From the NCBI GenBank assembly GCA_019637615.1, contig JAHBVJ010000003.1, positions 217,485 through 281,484 on the forward strand: a stretch of DNA of 64,000 nt, given 5' to 3'. Shown piece by piece: positions 39,459 to 49,760 of the stretch. Origin of the DNA: Anaerolineae bacterium (lineage in GTDB: Bacteria > Chloroflexota > Anaerolineae > Aggregatilineales > UBA2796). The translations under genes and the position numbers were made by a program. The notes beneath the pieces were generated by a model, which worked only from the letters and a program-made list of their open reading frames with translations, did no database searches and was not told the DNA's origin. Numbering within the stretch: the first letter of the stretch is position 1; every line of letters starts with the position of its first letter.

Positions 39459-40184
39459 TCACTTTTTGAGGGGCAACATCAGGCGGAAGGTGCTGCCAGC
39501 GGGTGAGCTTTGTTCGAGCTTCAGGCGTCCATTCATGACGGAAGTCAGCGCACGCGCCGCCGCCAGCCCAAGCCCAGAACCAGCCGTCGGGACTGGCACG
39601 ATGGTTTGAGCGCCACGCCAGAACGGTTCAAAGATGTGAGGCACAGAGTCGGCTCCGATCCCGATGCCGGTATCTTGGACGCGGATCGTCCAGCCGATTC
39701 GGGTTGACCATTTCGAAATGACCTGAATCTGGCCTTCCTGCGTGAAGCCGACCGCATTCCACAGCAGCGCCAGTAAGACTTGGCGGACGGCAGTGACATC
39801 GCCTGTCAACTGTGCGGGGAGATTCTTGCCAACGGTTAATTCGAGCGTGATCGGGCGGTCAGCGAGGGCAGGTCTAACCTGATCGACCACTGCATCTAGC
39901 ACGGCACGCGGGTCGAAGGGTTGAGCGAGCAGAGGAAAGTCGCGCGATTCGCCCGTGATATAGAGGATCAGGTGATCGAGGATGGTGGTCAAACGCTGCC
40001 CGTTGCGGTTGATGCGCTGAATCGCCCGTTCCTGCTTGTCGGTGAGTTCGCCGTAAGCGCCTTCCTCGAACAGTTCGCTGGTGGCAGTGATCGCGCTCAA
40101 CGGCCCGCGCAGATCGTGACTCATCTTGCGGATGAGCGCGACAGGTTTGGCAAGGCTGAGTGGTTCGGGTTCGGTTGTCGGCAT
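39459..40184 (-). CDS. Minimal soluble histidine kinase (HisKA + HATPase only, no sensor or TM)
   Basis: 241 aa; H-box MSHDLRGPLSAI starts at about residue 20; N box LLWNAVGFT, G1 DTGIGI, G2 GSGLGL. Confidence 0.85.
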   Translation of the reverse strand: MPTTEPEPLSLAKPVALIRKMSHDLRGPLSAITATSELFEEGAYGELTDKQERAIQRINRNGQRLTTILDHLILYITGESRDFPLLAQPFDPRAVLDAVVDQVRPALADRPITLELTVGKNLPAQLTGDVTAVRQVLLALLWNAVGFTQEGQIQVISKWSTRIGWTIRVQDTGIGIGADSVPHIFEPFWRGAQTIVPVPTAGSGLGLAAARALTSVMNGRLKLEQSSPAGSTFRLMLPLKK

Positions 40185-40220
40185 CGCGCATGATCCCCAA
40201 TTCAGGTTTGGGCAGCAATA

Positions 40221-40240
40221 CCCGACGTTGAAGCGTCGGG
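40221..40240. terminator. Short hairpin between sucB and the minimal HK
   Basis: CCCGACG-ttgaag-CGTCGGG; no clear U-tract. Confidence 0.3.
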
Positions 40241-40300
40241 CTTACTCTCCGAAGTCCACGTGGGACTCAATCCAGCACAGTAATGATGAACGTTGAACGA

Positions 40301-41611
40301 TTAGCCTTCTAGCATGAGCTGATTCAGGTCTTCAAGCAGTTCTTTGACGCGCACGAGGAAGCGCACCGACTCGCTGCCATCCACGATGCGATGATCGTAG
40401 CTAAGGGCGACGTACATCATCGGGCGGATGACGATCTCGCCGTTGACGACGACCGGACGCTGCTCAATCTTGTGCAACCCCAAGATGCCGACTTGCGGCG
40501 CGTTGAGGATCGGCGTACTGAGCATCGAGCCGAAAACGCCGCCGTTGGTGATGGTGAACGTCCCGCCGCGCAAGTCTTCCAGCGAAAGCGTGTTGGTTTC
40601 AGCTTGCTTCGCGAAGCGCTTGATGGAGGACTCGATTTCGGCAAAGGACAGACGATCCGCATCGCGCAGGACGGGGACGACCAAGCCTTCCGCCGCGCCA
40701 ACGGCGATCCCGATGTCGTAGTAGTGCTTGAGGATCATGTCGTCGCCTTGCAGTTCGGCGTTCAGACGCGGGAAAGCCTTCAGCGCGCCAATGGTAGCTT
40801 TGACGAAGAACGACATCATGCCGAGATTCGTGTTGTGCTTGGTCTGGAAGCTCTCTTTGTACTTGGCGCGGAAGCCCTGCACGGCGCTCATGTCCACCTC
40901 GTTGAAGGTGGTCAACATGGCGGCAGTGTGCTGCGCCTCGACCAAGCGCTGCGCGATGGTACGACGGCGACGCGACATCTTGACGCGCTCATCCCGCCGA
41001 TAGCCGCTGTCGCCGTTCGGTTCTGGCGGTGGTGGCGGCACGGGCTTGGAGACCGTAGGGATCGGCACGGCGGGCGCTGGACTAGCGGCGATCTTGGGTG
41101 ATGTACCTGTACTGCTTTTTTGCGATTCTACGAATTTTTCGACATCGTTTTTGGTGACTTTCGCGCCGCTGGCGGGGACTTTGGTCAGATCAACGCCTTC
41201 TGCCGTCGCCATGTTTTTAGCGACGGGCGTAGCGGCAATTTTGGGGCTAGGATCGCCAGCAGCGGCGGTGCTGCCATTGGTGGCGACAACCTGCACTTCG
41301 GCGCTCGGCGTGACGACTGCTGCGGTGGGCGCAGCGGCAGCAGTGGTGGCAACAGAAGGAACCGAGGCCGCGCTGCCTTCTTCGATCACGCACAGGACTT
41401 CCCCGATCTTCACGTCGTCGCCCTGTGGATGCGCGATTGACCCCAAGATTCCGGCTTTTTCCGCCGTGACTTCAAGATTAACTTTATCCGTTTCCAGCTC
41501 AACCAGCGCTTCGCCTGCCTTGACGGGATCGCCCACATTCTTCAGCCAACGCCCAACGGTCGCCTCGACTACCGATTCACCGAGGTCAGGCACTTTGATT
41601 TCAACCGACAT
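40301..41611 (-). CDS. sucB: 2-oxoglutarate dehydrogenase E2 (dihydrolipoamide succinyltransferase)
   Basis: Lipoyl domain with the ETDKV lipoyl-lysine motif, Ala/Pro linker, E3-binding segment, catalytic DHRIVDG. ATG 41611 follows GGGGTGA; the ORF-track GTG 41617 is an alternative. Confidence 0.92.
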   Translation of the reverse strand: MSVEIKVPDLGESVVEATVGRWLKNVGDPVKAGEALVELETDKVNLEVTAEKAGILGSIAHPQGDDVKIGEVLCVIEEGSAASVPSVATTAAAAPTAAVVTPSAEVQVVATNGSTAAAGDPSPKIAATPVAKNMATAEGVDLTKVPASGAKVTKNDVEKFVESQKSSTGTSPKIAASPAPAVPIPTVSKPVPPPPPEPNGDSGYRRDERVKMSRRRRTIAQRLVEAQHTAAMLTTFNEVDMSAVQGFRAKYKESFQTKHNTNLGMMSFFVKATIGALKAFPRLNAELQGDDMILKHYYDIGIAVGAAEGLVVPVLRDADRLSFAEIESSIKRFAKQAETNTLSLEDLRGGTFTITNGGVFGSMLSTPILNAPQVGILGLHKIEQRPVVVNGEIVIRPMMYVALSYDHRIVDGSESVRFLVRVKELLEDLNQLMLEG

Positions 41612-41619
41612 GTTCACCC

Positions 41620-44433
41620 CTAGCGTTCTCGTATAATATCGGAAACTTCAATCGTTTCTCTGCCGATGGGTTTGCCAAACGCCCGCTTGATGAGCGCCTT
41701 CTGATTCGCCGCGTGCCATGCCGCCGAGCCTTCGGCCGGGCTAGAACTGCGGGCACGGCCTACGTAGCGCAACGGGATGCGCTTGGGCAGCAGGTCTTGC
41801 AGCAGCGGGCGGGCAAACTCCCACGCCCCCATGTTTTCCGGCTCCTCTTGCACCCAGAGCACATCGCGCACCCCTGAATAACGGTCGAGCAGCGATTGTA
41901 TCTCTTGCGTCGGGAATGGGTAGAGCTGTTCGAGACGAATGATGGCGATGTCGCCGCTTTCTTCGCGGAATTCGCTGCTAATCAGATCGATGTAGACTTT
42001 GCCTGTGCAAATGAGCAGCGTGGTGACCGAAGCCGCGTTCTGCTTGGCGCGCGCGTCATCGATGACGGGGAGCCATTGGCCTTCCGCCAACTGACGGAGG
42101 CTGGAAGCGACGAGCGGATTGCGCAGCAAGCTCTTGGGCGTCATCACGACGAGCGGCAGCGGATCGGTGGCTAAAAGGAGCGCTTGCCGACGCAGTAAAT
42201 GAAAATATTGGGAGGCGCTGGTCGGGTAGCAGATGCGCATATTGATCTGCGCGGCGCTTTGCAGGAAGCGCTCTAAGCGCCCGCTGGAGTGATCCGGCCC
42301 CGCGCCTTCGTAACCGTGCGGGAGAAGCAGCACCAAAGATGGCTCTTGCCCGAATTTGGCGCGGGCAGAGGTGACATATTCATCGAGGATGGACTGCGCC
42401 CCGTTGACGAAATCGCCGTACTGGGCTTCCCACAACACCAACCGATTGATTGACTGTACGTTGTAGCCGTATTCGAAACCGATGGCGGCGTTTTCCGAGA
42501 GCGGGCTGTTGCGTACCTCGAACGAGGCTTTGACCTGTGGGATGGAATGCAGCGGGACGAAGATTTCGCCCGTCTCGACATCATGGAAGACGGCATGGCG
42601 CTGTGTATAGGTGCCGCGTTCGGCGTCCTGACCCGTCAGCCGGATGGGGATTCCATCCGCGAGAATGCTGGCGAAGGCAAGTTCTTCCGCGGTTGCCCAA
42701 TCGAGGTTCATGGCGTCCGTGTCGTTGAGGGCATTGGCGCGCCGCTGACGTGCTTTGACAAGCGTGGGATGGAACTTGAAGCCTTCCGGCGCGGCAGTCA
42801 GATCGCGGTTGAGCTGCAACAAGCGATCCAATTTGATGCGCGTGTCAGCGTGGGCGGCAGTTTTGGGCGGCGCGAGTTCAGGCTTGGGTTCCTGTAAATC
42901 TTCCTCAGCCTTAATCTTGTTGAGGATGTCGTACAGATCATCGATGCCCTTTTGCAGGAGTTCGTCGGGCTGTTCCGGCGCGACTAGTTTGCGGTCGATG
43001 AGCACGCCCGCCCATAATTTGCGCACGGTGGGATGCTGGCGAATGCGGTTGTACATCAACGGTTGCGTGTAGGCGGGTTCGTCGCCTTCGTTATGCCCGT
43101 AACGCCGATAACCAATCAGATCGATCAGGAAATCGCGCTCGAATTTGGCTTGGTAGGCGAAAGCCAAGCGCGCCACCTCGATACAGGCTTCGGGATCATC
43201 GGCGTTGACATGAACGATAGGAATTTTGAAGCCTTTCGCCAAGTCGCTGGCGTAGATCGTGCTGCGCGAGTCGGTGGGATCGGTAGTAAAGCCAAGCTGA
43301 TTGTTGGAAATAATGTGCAGCGTGCCGCCTGACCAATAGCCGGGCAAGCGTGACATATTCAGCGTTTCCGCCACGATGCCCTGCCCGGGGAAAGCCGCAT
43401 CACCGTGAATCACGATCGGGATGATGGTGTGCGGATCGATGACGGGCAAGCCGGGGGAATCGACGCTGGCAGCGACCGCCCGCGCCATGCCGGCGACCAC
43501 CGGATTCACCGCTTCCAAGTGACTCGGGTTCGGGGCCATGGTGACGATCACGTTGCTCTGACTGCCCTCGTGGATGGTGTTGACCGCGCCGCTGTGATAC
43601 TTGACATCGCCCGTCCAGCCGAGGTCCTCGCCAAACTTGCGCCCGACGATGGGGTCTTTGAATTCTGCCAACATCTGCGCATAAGGCTTGTTGAGGATGT
43701 GCGCCAAGACGTTAAGCCGTCCGCGATGTGCCATGCCCATCATGATCGAGCGCACGCCCGTCTTCGCCGCCTCATCGATCACCACGTCAAGAATCGGCAC
43801 CATCATATCCAAGCCTTCGACCGAGAAGCGGTGTTTGCCGGGGAAGGCTTTGTTGAGAAACTGCTCAAACGCCTCGATCTGCGTCAGGCGTTTGAGCAGA
43901 CTGACCGCATCAAGAGGGATAGCAGCCGCACTAAACATGCGCGATTCTGCCGCGTGCCGCAGCCAAGCCCGTTTTTCGGGTTCGCGAATATGGTCATAGT
44001 CATAGCCGATCTTGGAAGAATAGACCGCACGAAGCTGCGTGATCGCGTCGAGACCGTCTTTGGCAGTATCCGCGATAGGACCGCCGATCACGCTGGCGGG
44101 CAGGCTGCGCAGATCGTCATCAGTGATGCCGTGCGCTTCCGTCTGGAGGCTGGGATCGCCAATCGGGGCGCTGCCAAGCGGGTCAAGCTGCGCGGCGAGA
44201 TGACCGTATTCGCGGATGGCTTGGGCAAGGTTGGCGGCACCGACGGCTTTCTCGGTGACGATGCTGCTCACCGCACTCGACGCAGGGCTGATTTCCGCCG
44301 TCGGTTCGGGCGGCGTCCAGTGCTCAAAGAAGGCACGCGTCGCCGCATCGACCGAGGCGGGATTCTGCGTGTAATGCTCGTAAAGTTCGAGAATGTAGCC
44401 CTCGTTCGGGCCATGAAAAACCTGTTGAGTCAT
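41620..44433 (-). CDS. sucA: 2-oxoglutarate dehydrogenase E1 component
   Basis: Start at ATG 44433 (GGAAGG SD) gives [19 protein letters not shown]...; about 937 aa with ThDP-binding GDAAFPGQG and a transketolase-like C-terminal half. Confidence 0.95.
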   Translation of the reverse strand: MTQQVFHGPNEGYILELYEHYTQNPASVDAATRAFFEHWTPPEPTAEISPASSAVSSIVTEKAVGAANLAQAIREYGHLAAQLDPLGSAPIGDPSLQTEAHGITDDDLRSLPASVIGGPIADTAKDGLDAITQLRAVYSSKIGYDYDHIREPEKRAWLRHAAESRMFSAAAIPLDAVSLLKRLTQIEAFEQFLNKAFPGKHRFSVEGLDMMVPILDVVIDEAAKTGVRSIMMGMAHRGRLNVLAHILNKPYAQMLAEFKDPIVGRKFGEDLGWTGDVKYHSGAVNTIHEGSQSNVIVTMAPNPSHLEAVNPVVAGMARAVAASVDSPGLPVIDPHTIIPIVIHGDAAFPGQGIVAETLNMSRLPGYWSGGTLHIISNNQLGFTTDPTDSRSTIYASDLAKGFKIPIVHVNADDPEACIEVARLAFAYQAKFERDFLIDLIGYRRYGHNEGDEPAYTQPLMYNRIRQHPTVRKLWAGVLIDRKLVAPEQPDELLQKGIDDLYDILNKIKAEEDLQEPKPELAPPKTAAHADTRIKLDRLLQLNRDLTAAPEGFKFHPTLVKARQRRANALNDTDAMNLDWATAEELAFASILADGIPIRLTGQDAERGTYTQRHAVFHDVETGEIFVPLHSIPQVKASFEVRNSPLSENAAIGFEYGYNVQSINRLVLWEAQYGDFVNGAQSILDEYVTSARAKFGQEPSLVLLLPHGYEGAGPDHSSGRLERFLQSAAQINMRICYPTSASQYFHLLRRQALLLATDPLPLVVMTPKSLLRNPLVASSLRQLAEGQWLPVIDDARAKQNAASVTTLLICTGKVYIDLISSEFREESGDIAIIRLEQLYPFPTQEIQSLLDRYSGVRDVLWVQEEPENMGAWEFARPLLQDLLPKRIPLRYVGRARSSSPAEGSAAWHAANQKALIKRAFGKPIGRETIEVSDIIRER

Positions 44434-44607
44434 GAGCCTTCCATTGCGTTCAGCGGCGAGATCGTGTAATAAGGACAAATATAGCGCAGAAACGGGGTGG
44501 CGTGTCATAAATCAGATCAATGTGCTGGTGACGTTCGCTGGTTCAGTTGAACTCATTGCTGGTATAGTTCCAGTGCGATGGCGTACTCTGTGCTGAGGGA
44601 GGGTTCG

Positions 44608-45477
44608 ATGCAGTTCGCGGTGACTTTGCCCCCGTTTGGCGATTATGCTGATCCGCTGTATTTGGCGCAGACCGCTCAGGCGGCCGAGGCGGTAGGCTGG
44701 GACGGATTCTTCCTGTGGGATCACGTCTTTTTCGATCCGAGCTTCCACCCCAATACCGATCCGTGGGTGGCGTTGGCTGCCGTTGCCAGCAAAACCAGCC
44801 GCATCCGGCTCGGCACGCTGATCACGCCGCTGGCACGCCGCCGCCCGTGGGTGCTGGCGCGGCAAACGGTGGCGCTGGATCGGCTGTCGGCGGGACGGCT
44901 GACGCTCGGTGTCGGATTGGGCGATCCGGCGCAGTGGGATTTTGGATTCTTCGGGGAACAGACCGACGCGAAGGTGCGTGCGCAGCGCTTGGATGAAGGC
45001 TTGGACATCCTGACGGGATTGTGGACGGGGCAACCATTCAAATATCAGGGCGCACAGTACACACTGCAAGAGATGCGCTTTTTGCCGACGCCTATCCAGC
45101 AACCGCGCATCCCGATCTGGGTGGGTGGAAACTGGCCTAACAAGCCGCCGATGCGCCGCGCCGCAAAATGGGACGGCTTCTACCCGATCAAGTGGCAGGG
45201 CGGGATGCAACCGGACGATTGGCGCGAGGTGTGGCGGTACATCCAGCAGCACCGCACATCGGATGCGCCGTTCGATCTGGTCAACGGCGGGAGCGTACCC
45301 GACGCGCAGTGGGCGAAAGCCGACAGCGTGATCATGCCATATGCCGAAGCGGGCGTGACGTGGTGGATCGAGGATGTTAGTCCGTGGCGGTTTGGGCACA
45401 GTTGGGAAATCCAGTGGCAGCCGGAATTCACCAAGCAGATGGATGACTTGATCCGGCGCGGCCCGCCAACGCTGTGA
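44608..45477 (+). CDS. Luciferase-like monooxygenase (LLM) class flavin/F420-dependent oxidoreductase
   Basis: Start at ATG 44608 after GAGGGAGGG gives MQFAVTLPPFGDYADP...GWDGFFLWDH...RIRLGTLITPLARRRPWVLARQ...SGGRLTLGVGLG. Confidence 0.85.
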   Translation: MQFAVTLPPFGDYADPLYLAQTAQAAEAVGWDGFFLWDHVFFDPSFHPNTDPWVALAAVASKTSRIRLGTLITPLARRRPWVLARQTVALDRLSAGRLTLGVGLGDPAQWDFGFFGEQTDAKVRAQRLDEGLDILTGLWTGQPFKYQGAQYTLQEMRFLPTPIQQPRIPIWVGGNWPNKPPMRRAAKWDGFYPIKWQGGMQPDDWREVWRYIQQHRTSDAPFDLVNGGSVPDAQWAKADSVIMPYAEAGVTWWIEDVSPWRFGHSWEIQWQPEFTKQMDDLIRRGPPTL

Positions 45478-45512
45478 TGAGGAGACGGCGGATTGGCAGC
45501 CCGTGCGGTAGG

Positions 45513-48419
45513 TTAGTCGTTCGTGAGCTGCATTCGCACGATGCCGAAATCGTTCAGCAGGCCGGACGAGCTATCGGCCTGCACGATCACGGAATAATGA
45601 ACACCATCCGGGTCGAAGAAGACGTATTTGCCATGCGTGACCACCGCTGCACCGTTCACGTTGAAGCTGGGCAAATCGATAATCTTGTCAGTGCTCAAGG
45701 TGTCGTAGGTGTAGATGATCATTTTGCTGTCGGAGAGCGCTTCCGTGTTCTGGGAGAACCCGATTGCCAAAACTTTGCCGCTGACTTTTGAATAGTCGAG
45801 GGCTTCTACGCGTACCAGCCGATTCAGGGTGCCGTTGTAGGCGCGATCTAGCTTGGCGTCGGGAGAACTGCGCAAGACAGTGCTGCATCCTGTGAACAGC
45901 CGCTTACCATCTTCCGCGATCCAGAGTTTGCCGCAGACACGGCTCCCATTGTCGCTGGCATACGGGTTATTCGCGTAGGTGGGATTGGCTGGATCGGTCA
46001 GATCGATGCGGGTGATCCCATAGTCACCGATCGTGTACACCTGCCCATCGGGGTGCTGCCGCGCATAGCCCGAAATGCCCTGCCCTTGTAAGCCAGTCGC
46101 AATCTCGACGCCGAACGCCCCCTTTTGCCCCGACACGTATAGCCAGCCGTTGTTTGCCAGCAAAATGTTGGTGACGTTGGTAGCGACCTCGAACGTTTTT
46201 ACGACTTTTTCAGCCTTCAAGTCCACGTAAGTAACCAGCGCATCATGCCCGACCGCCGCAAAATTGCCGTCCGAGCTGAGGGCGAGGGCAGTTGGATTGC
46301 GTGGCAGTGCAATCAGTGTGTCGGTGGAGTTGACGGGATCGTAGAGATGCAGCGCCAGCGGATCGCCCGAAATCATGACGATGCGCTGAAGCGACTTGCT
46401 GTACTCGGCTTGGCTGACCTGATAGGTTAACGGCTGAATATCGCCAAGCACGGTCGGACTGGCGGTCTTGGCAACTTTAGTGACGGTAGGCTGCGCGGCG
46501 GACGTAGTAACGGCTTCGGTGGCGTCGGTAGGCTGCGCAGCGACTGTGGTACTCCCGACATCTCCAACAACGACGCCAAATTGTACGTCGGTGGGCGCGC
46601 TGGGCGCGTAACGGTCATTAAGACGGGCATTTTGACCGAGCAAGGCATAGTAGCGTGTGCCTGCGGCGTTGAGGAACAAAAACCCGCTATCGCCGTTTTT
46701 ACCATCACGGAAAGCGGGCAAGGCAACCACACTTTCGCGCGTCAAGGTGTCGTAGTTGTAGGTGAAGACTAGCAGCGGATCAGGATTGGTCTCTGAGCCA
46801 TAATAGTCATTGGTTGACTTCGAACGTCCCAAGGCGATCAATTTACCCTGCGTTTGCGCATAGGCGGCACCATCGATGGACGCAGCGTCCGCCAGCGAAC
46901 CGTTGTAGGTCATATCCTGTTTGGCATCCGGCGCGGAACGGAAGACCGTCCCACAGCGACCAAAAATCCGCCGACTGTCTGCCGACACCCAGAAACTGCC
47001 ACAATACGAATAATCACCGTGATAAGGCCAGTCGCGCGCTTCGGTCAGCTTATCCGCGTCGAAGAAGTAGTGATACATGTGCTCTGGCGAGAGACCACGC
47101 GTGCCGTAATAGAGGCTCGTCCCATCGGGATGGCGCTGCAAATAGCCGCCCGCGTAGACAGAAGCCATATTGGTCAGAGCTTCGTTATTGGTTTCGATCT
47201 GCACGAGATGGAGCGATTCCCACTGATCGCGCACGGGCATGACGACGATCCAACCCGTGTTCAGCAGCACAATATCGGACGCAGTAGTCGTCAAATCAAG
47301 TGTTTTGACGACTTCCGCCGTGCGCAGATCGACATACGTGATCATGGCATCGTGCCCAACCGCCGCGAAATTGCCATCCTGACTGACGGACAGGCAGGTA
47401 GGCTGACGTACCAGCGCGACAGTTTGCTGCGACTGAGATTCTGGATCGTAGATGTAAAGCGCATCGGGATCGCTGGCGACGAAGATGATTTTATCCAGAC
47501 TCGTGCTGTACTCGGCATCTTTCACGGTAAAAGACAGCTCTCGAAGTGGGCTGTTGAGCACCGCAGCCCCCAAGGGCGGCGTGGCGGTGATGGTCGGCGC
47601 GGGACGCCCCGGAATCGGCGTGGGAAAGGTGCCTTCGCTGGTAGCGGGCAAGGCGAAAGTTGACGGTGGACTGTCGGTACTGTCTGGGATGTCGTCGGTG
47701 GGCTGTACAAACAGCGGCGTGCGCGACGGGATGGGGGTGAAGGTGGGCGGACGGGTGCGCGTAGGCGGCAGTGGCGTCACCGTGGCGATGGGTGGGTTGG
47801 TCGGGAGCACGGGCGGTTCAGTGGCGGTGACGACGAGTACAATCGGCACTGGCGTTGGTTGACTGGCAAGGCGCGACACGGCAAAAATACCAACGCCACC
47901 CGCTACGACCAAGCCGAGCAGCAATCCTGCCACGAACATCAAGGCGGTGTTCGGTCGGGCGGTATTCGTAGCGCGAGGAGAGACTTTCACGCCAGAGGCT
48001 TTGAGCTGTTCTTCCGCCCATGTGTCTTTGAACGGAGCGGACTCGTGAAAATCCGGCTCCGGAACAGGATCGAACTTCGGCGTCGGGACGGTGCTGCCAT
48101 AGCTGGCAGTTGATGGCGTGTCTCTAAACGATTCTGACGGTGCGGGTGGTGCGTCGCCTTCGGCTAACTGTGCTTGCAACCTGCCCAACAACTGCATGAT
48201 AGGGCCGTGATTGGGATTCAGCGCCAAGGCTTTTTCGCACATCTGAATCTTGCGATGGATGTCATTGGTCAAGAAAGTAGAGATAAAGTAGGCATCGGCA
48301 TCTGGCCCATGTTCCTTGACATACTGCTGAAGTTGCACACGCGCTTCTTGCGTTTTATTTTGCCGGACGAGTTGATAGATGTCTTGGAGGCGCTGTTTGG
48401 GGGAAGGTACGTTTGTCAA
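45513..48419 (-). CDS. Large single-pass membrane protein: cytoplasmic TPR-like N-terminus, Pro/Thr linker, two paralogous extracellular modules of about 310-335 aa (beta-propeller-like)
   Basis: The ORF is open to 48599, but the sequence above 48420 is AT-rich and intergenic-looking, so TTG 48419 is the proposed start. TM segment ALMFVAGLLLGLVVAGGVGIFAV. The two modules share SxDGNFAAVGHDAxxTYVDL and other blocks. Confidence 0.7.
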   Translation of the reverse strand: MTNVPSPKQRLQDIYQLVRQNKTQEARVQLQQYVKEHGPDADAYFISTFLTNDIHRKIQMCEKALALNPNHGPIMQLLGRLQAQLAEGDAPPAPSESFRDTPSTASYGSTVPTPKFDPVPEPDFHESAPFKDTWAEEQLKASGVKVSPRATNTARPNTALMFVAGLLLGLVVAGGVGIFAVSRLASQPTPVPIVLVVTATEPPVLPTNPPIATVTPLPPTRTRPPTFTPIPSRTPLFVQPTDDIPDSTDSPPSTFALPATSEGTFPTPIPGRPAPTITATPPLGAAVLNSPLRELSFTVKDAEYSTSLDKIIFVASDPDALYIYDPESQSQQTVALVRQPTCLSVSQDGNFAAVGHDAMITYVDLRTAEVVKTLDLTTTASDIVLLNTGWIVVMPVRDQWESLHLVQIETNNEALTNMASVYAGGYLQRHPDGTSLYYGTRGLSPEHMYHYFFDADKLTEARDWPYHGDYSYCGSFWVSADSRRIFGRCGTVFRSAPDAKQDMTYNGSLADAASIDGAAYAQTQGKLIALGRSKSTNDYYGSETNPDPLLVFTYNYDTLTRESVVALPAFRDGKNGDSGFLFLNAAGTRYYALLGQNARLNDRYAPSAPTDVQFGVVVGDVGSTTVAAQPTDATEAVTTSAAQPTVTKVAKTASPTVLGDIQPLTYQVSQAEYSKSLQRIVMISGDPLALHLYDPVNSTDTLIALPRNPTALALSSDGNFAAVGHDALVTYVDLKAEKVVKTFEVATNVTNILLANNGWLYVSGQKGAFGVEIATGLQGQGISGYARQHPDGQVYTIGDYGITRIDLTDPANPTYANNPYASDNGSRVCGKLWIAEDGKRLFTGCSTVLRSSPDAKLDRAYNGTLNRLVRVEALDYSKVSGKVLAIGFSQNTEALSDSKMIIYTYDTLSTDKIIDLPSFNVNGAAVVTHGKYVFFDPDGVHYSVIVQADSSSGLLNDFGIVRMQLTND

Positions 48420-48492
48420 GATGTCACCACTTGCCGAGGTCGCGAACACAGCCGTCGAATGGTAATTATACAACCACGGGACGGTCACTTCA

Positions 48493-48521
48493 TTAAGAGC
48501 AACATACAAAGGTATTACAAT
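48493..48521 (+). promoter_or_regulatory. Possible sigma-70 promoter for nagA
   Basis: TTAAGA, 17 nt, TACAAT, about 90 nt upstream of ATG 48613. Confidence 0.3.
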
Positions 48522-48612
48522 TAGATCGCTAAAGTTGATGTAGCGTGCGTTGTGTAATCCACTGAAACGTGGCACGATCAGACGACAATGCACTTTCAAG
48601 GACGTTCATGAA

Positions 48613-49749
48613 ATGTTACTGATTCATAATGCACATTTACCCTCGGCACAGCGTGGCTGGCTGCTGACCGACGGCACTCAGATCGCGCAGATGGGTGATG
48701 GCGACGCACCAAGCATCGAAGCCGCGCAGGTCATCGACGCACAGGGCGGATGGCTGCTGCCGGGGTTCATCGATGTTCACGTTCACGGCTCGGCAGGCGC
48801 GGATGCGATGGACGCAACTCCCGACGCATTGACGACGATGGCGCGCTTCTTTGCTACGCGCGGGGTGACAGGATTTCTCGCCACGACAATGACGCATTCG
48901 GAAATCGCGATCACCGCTGCACTGCAAAATGCCGCCGCCTGCATGGGCAAGATCAAGGGCGGGGCGACGCTGCTCGGCGTTCATCTCGAAGGGCCGTACA
49001 TCAACCTGAAGGTCAAGGGCGCGCAAGATGGTCAGTACGTCCGCACCGCTGATCCCGCCGAGTATTTGCACTGGCTGGCGCTGAATGTGATCCGCGAAGT
49101 GACCGTCGCGCCGGAATTCCCCGATAATGTCGGCTTCATTAAGGCGTGCGTGGAGCGCGGGATCAACGTCTCCATCGGGCATACGCAAGCCACCTATGAG
49201 CAAGTCAACGCAGCGATTGAACTGGGCGCGCGGCACGCTACCCACACGTTCAACGCGATGACAGGGCTGCATCACCGCAATCCGGGTACGGTGGGTGGCG
49301 TAATGGCGTCGGAATTGGTCACCTGCGAGATGATCTCCGATACTATTCATGTACATCCCGCCGTGATGAAAATCCTCGTGCGGGCGAAGGGCGTCGAAGG
49401 TGTGGCGGCGATCACGGATGCGATCCGCGCGGCGGGCATGGGCGACGGCGTGAGCGAATTGGGCGGGCAGACGGTGACGGTCAAGAATGGCATGGCGACG
49501 CTGGCGGATGGGACGCTGGCGGGCAGCGTGCTGACGCTGGATCAGGGTTTCCGCAATGTGCTGGCGGTGACGGGACTTTCGCCCGATCAGGCGTGGCCTA
49601 TGTTCAGCGCCAACGCCGCACGCCAGATCGGGTTGGGCGACCGCAAAGGCCGCTTGCAGGTTGGCTATGATGCCGATCTGGTGCTGCTAGATGCGGATTA
49701 TCAGGTGCGGCAGACCATCGTTGAAGGCGAAATCGTTTACACGAAGTAG
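48613..49749 (+). CDS. nagA: N-acetylglucosamine-6-phosphate deacetylase
   Basis: Start at ATG 48613 gives MLLIHNAHL...; amidohydrolase motifs GFIDVHVHG, HLEGP, IGHTQA, HTFNAM. Confidence 0.9.
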   Translation: MLLIHNAHLPSAQRGWLLTDGTQIAQMGDGDAPSIEAAQVIDAQGGWLLPGFIDVHVHGSAGADAMDATPDALTTMARFFATRGVTGFLATTMTHSEIAITAALQNAAACMGKIKGGATLLGVHLEGPYINLKVKGAQDGQYVRTADPAEYLHWLALNVIREVTVAPEFPDNVGFIKACVERGINVSIGHTQATYEQVNAAIELGARHATHTFNAMTGLHHRNPGTVGGVMASELVTCEMISDTIHVHPAVMKILVRAKGVEGVAAITDAIRAAGMGDGVSELGGQTVTVKNGMATLADGTLAGSVLTLDQGFRNVLAVTGLSPDQAWPMFSANAARQIGLGDRKGRLQVGYDADLVLLDADYQVRQTIVEGEIVYTK

Positions 49750-49760
49750 AAAGCGTCAGC

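Noticed and set aside
43405-44469. 354-aa plus-strand ORF opposite sucA. Similar long antisense or alternate-frame ORFs occur at 5691-6353, 2007-2738, 15460-16278, 20382-21044, 40391-41101, 48637-49356, 51375-52109 and 58595-59740.
   Set aside because: All lie opposite, or out of frame within, genes with strong family motifs, and all have Arg/His/Asp-rich antisense-type composition.
44512-45399. 295-aa minus-strand ORF opposite the LLM oxidoreductase
   Set aside because: Arg/Pro/His-rich composition typical of antisense frames in GC-rich DNA, with no motif. The plus-strand LLM gene has an SD and family motifs.
48420-48599. N-terminal 60 codons of the 1028-aa ORF
   Set aside because: AT-rich, with odd composition (MKVHCRLIVPRFSGLHNARYINF...), and it would overlap the nagA promoter region. 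The start remains uncertain, so this rejection is soft.
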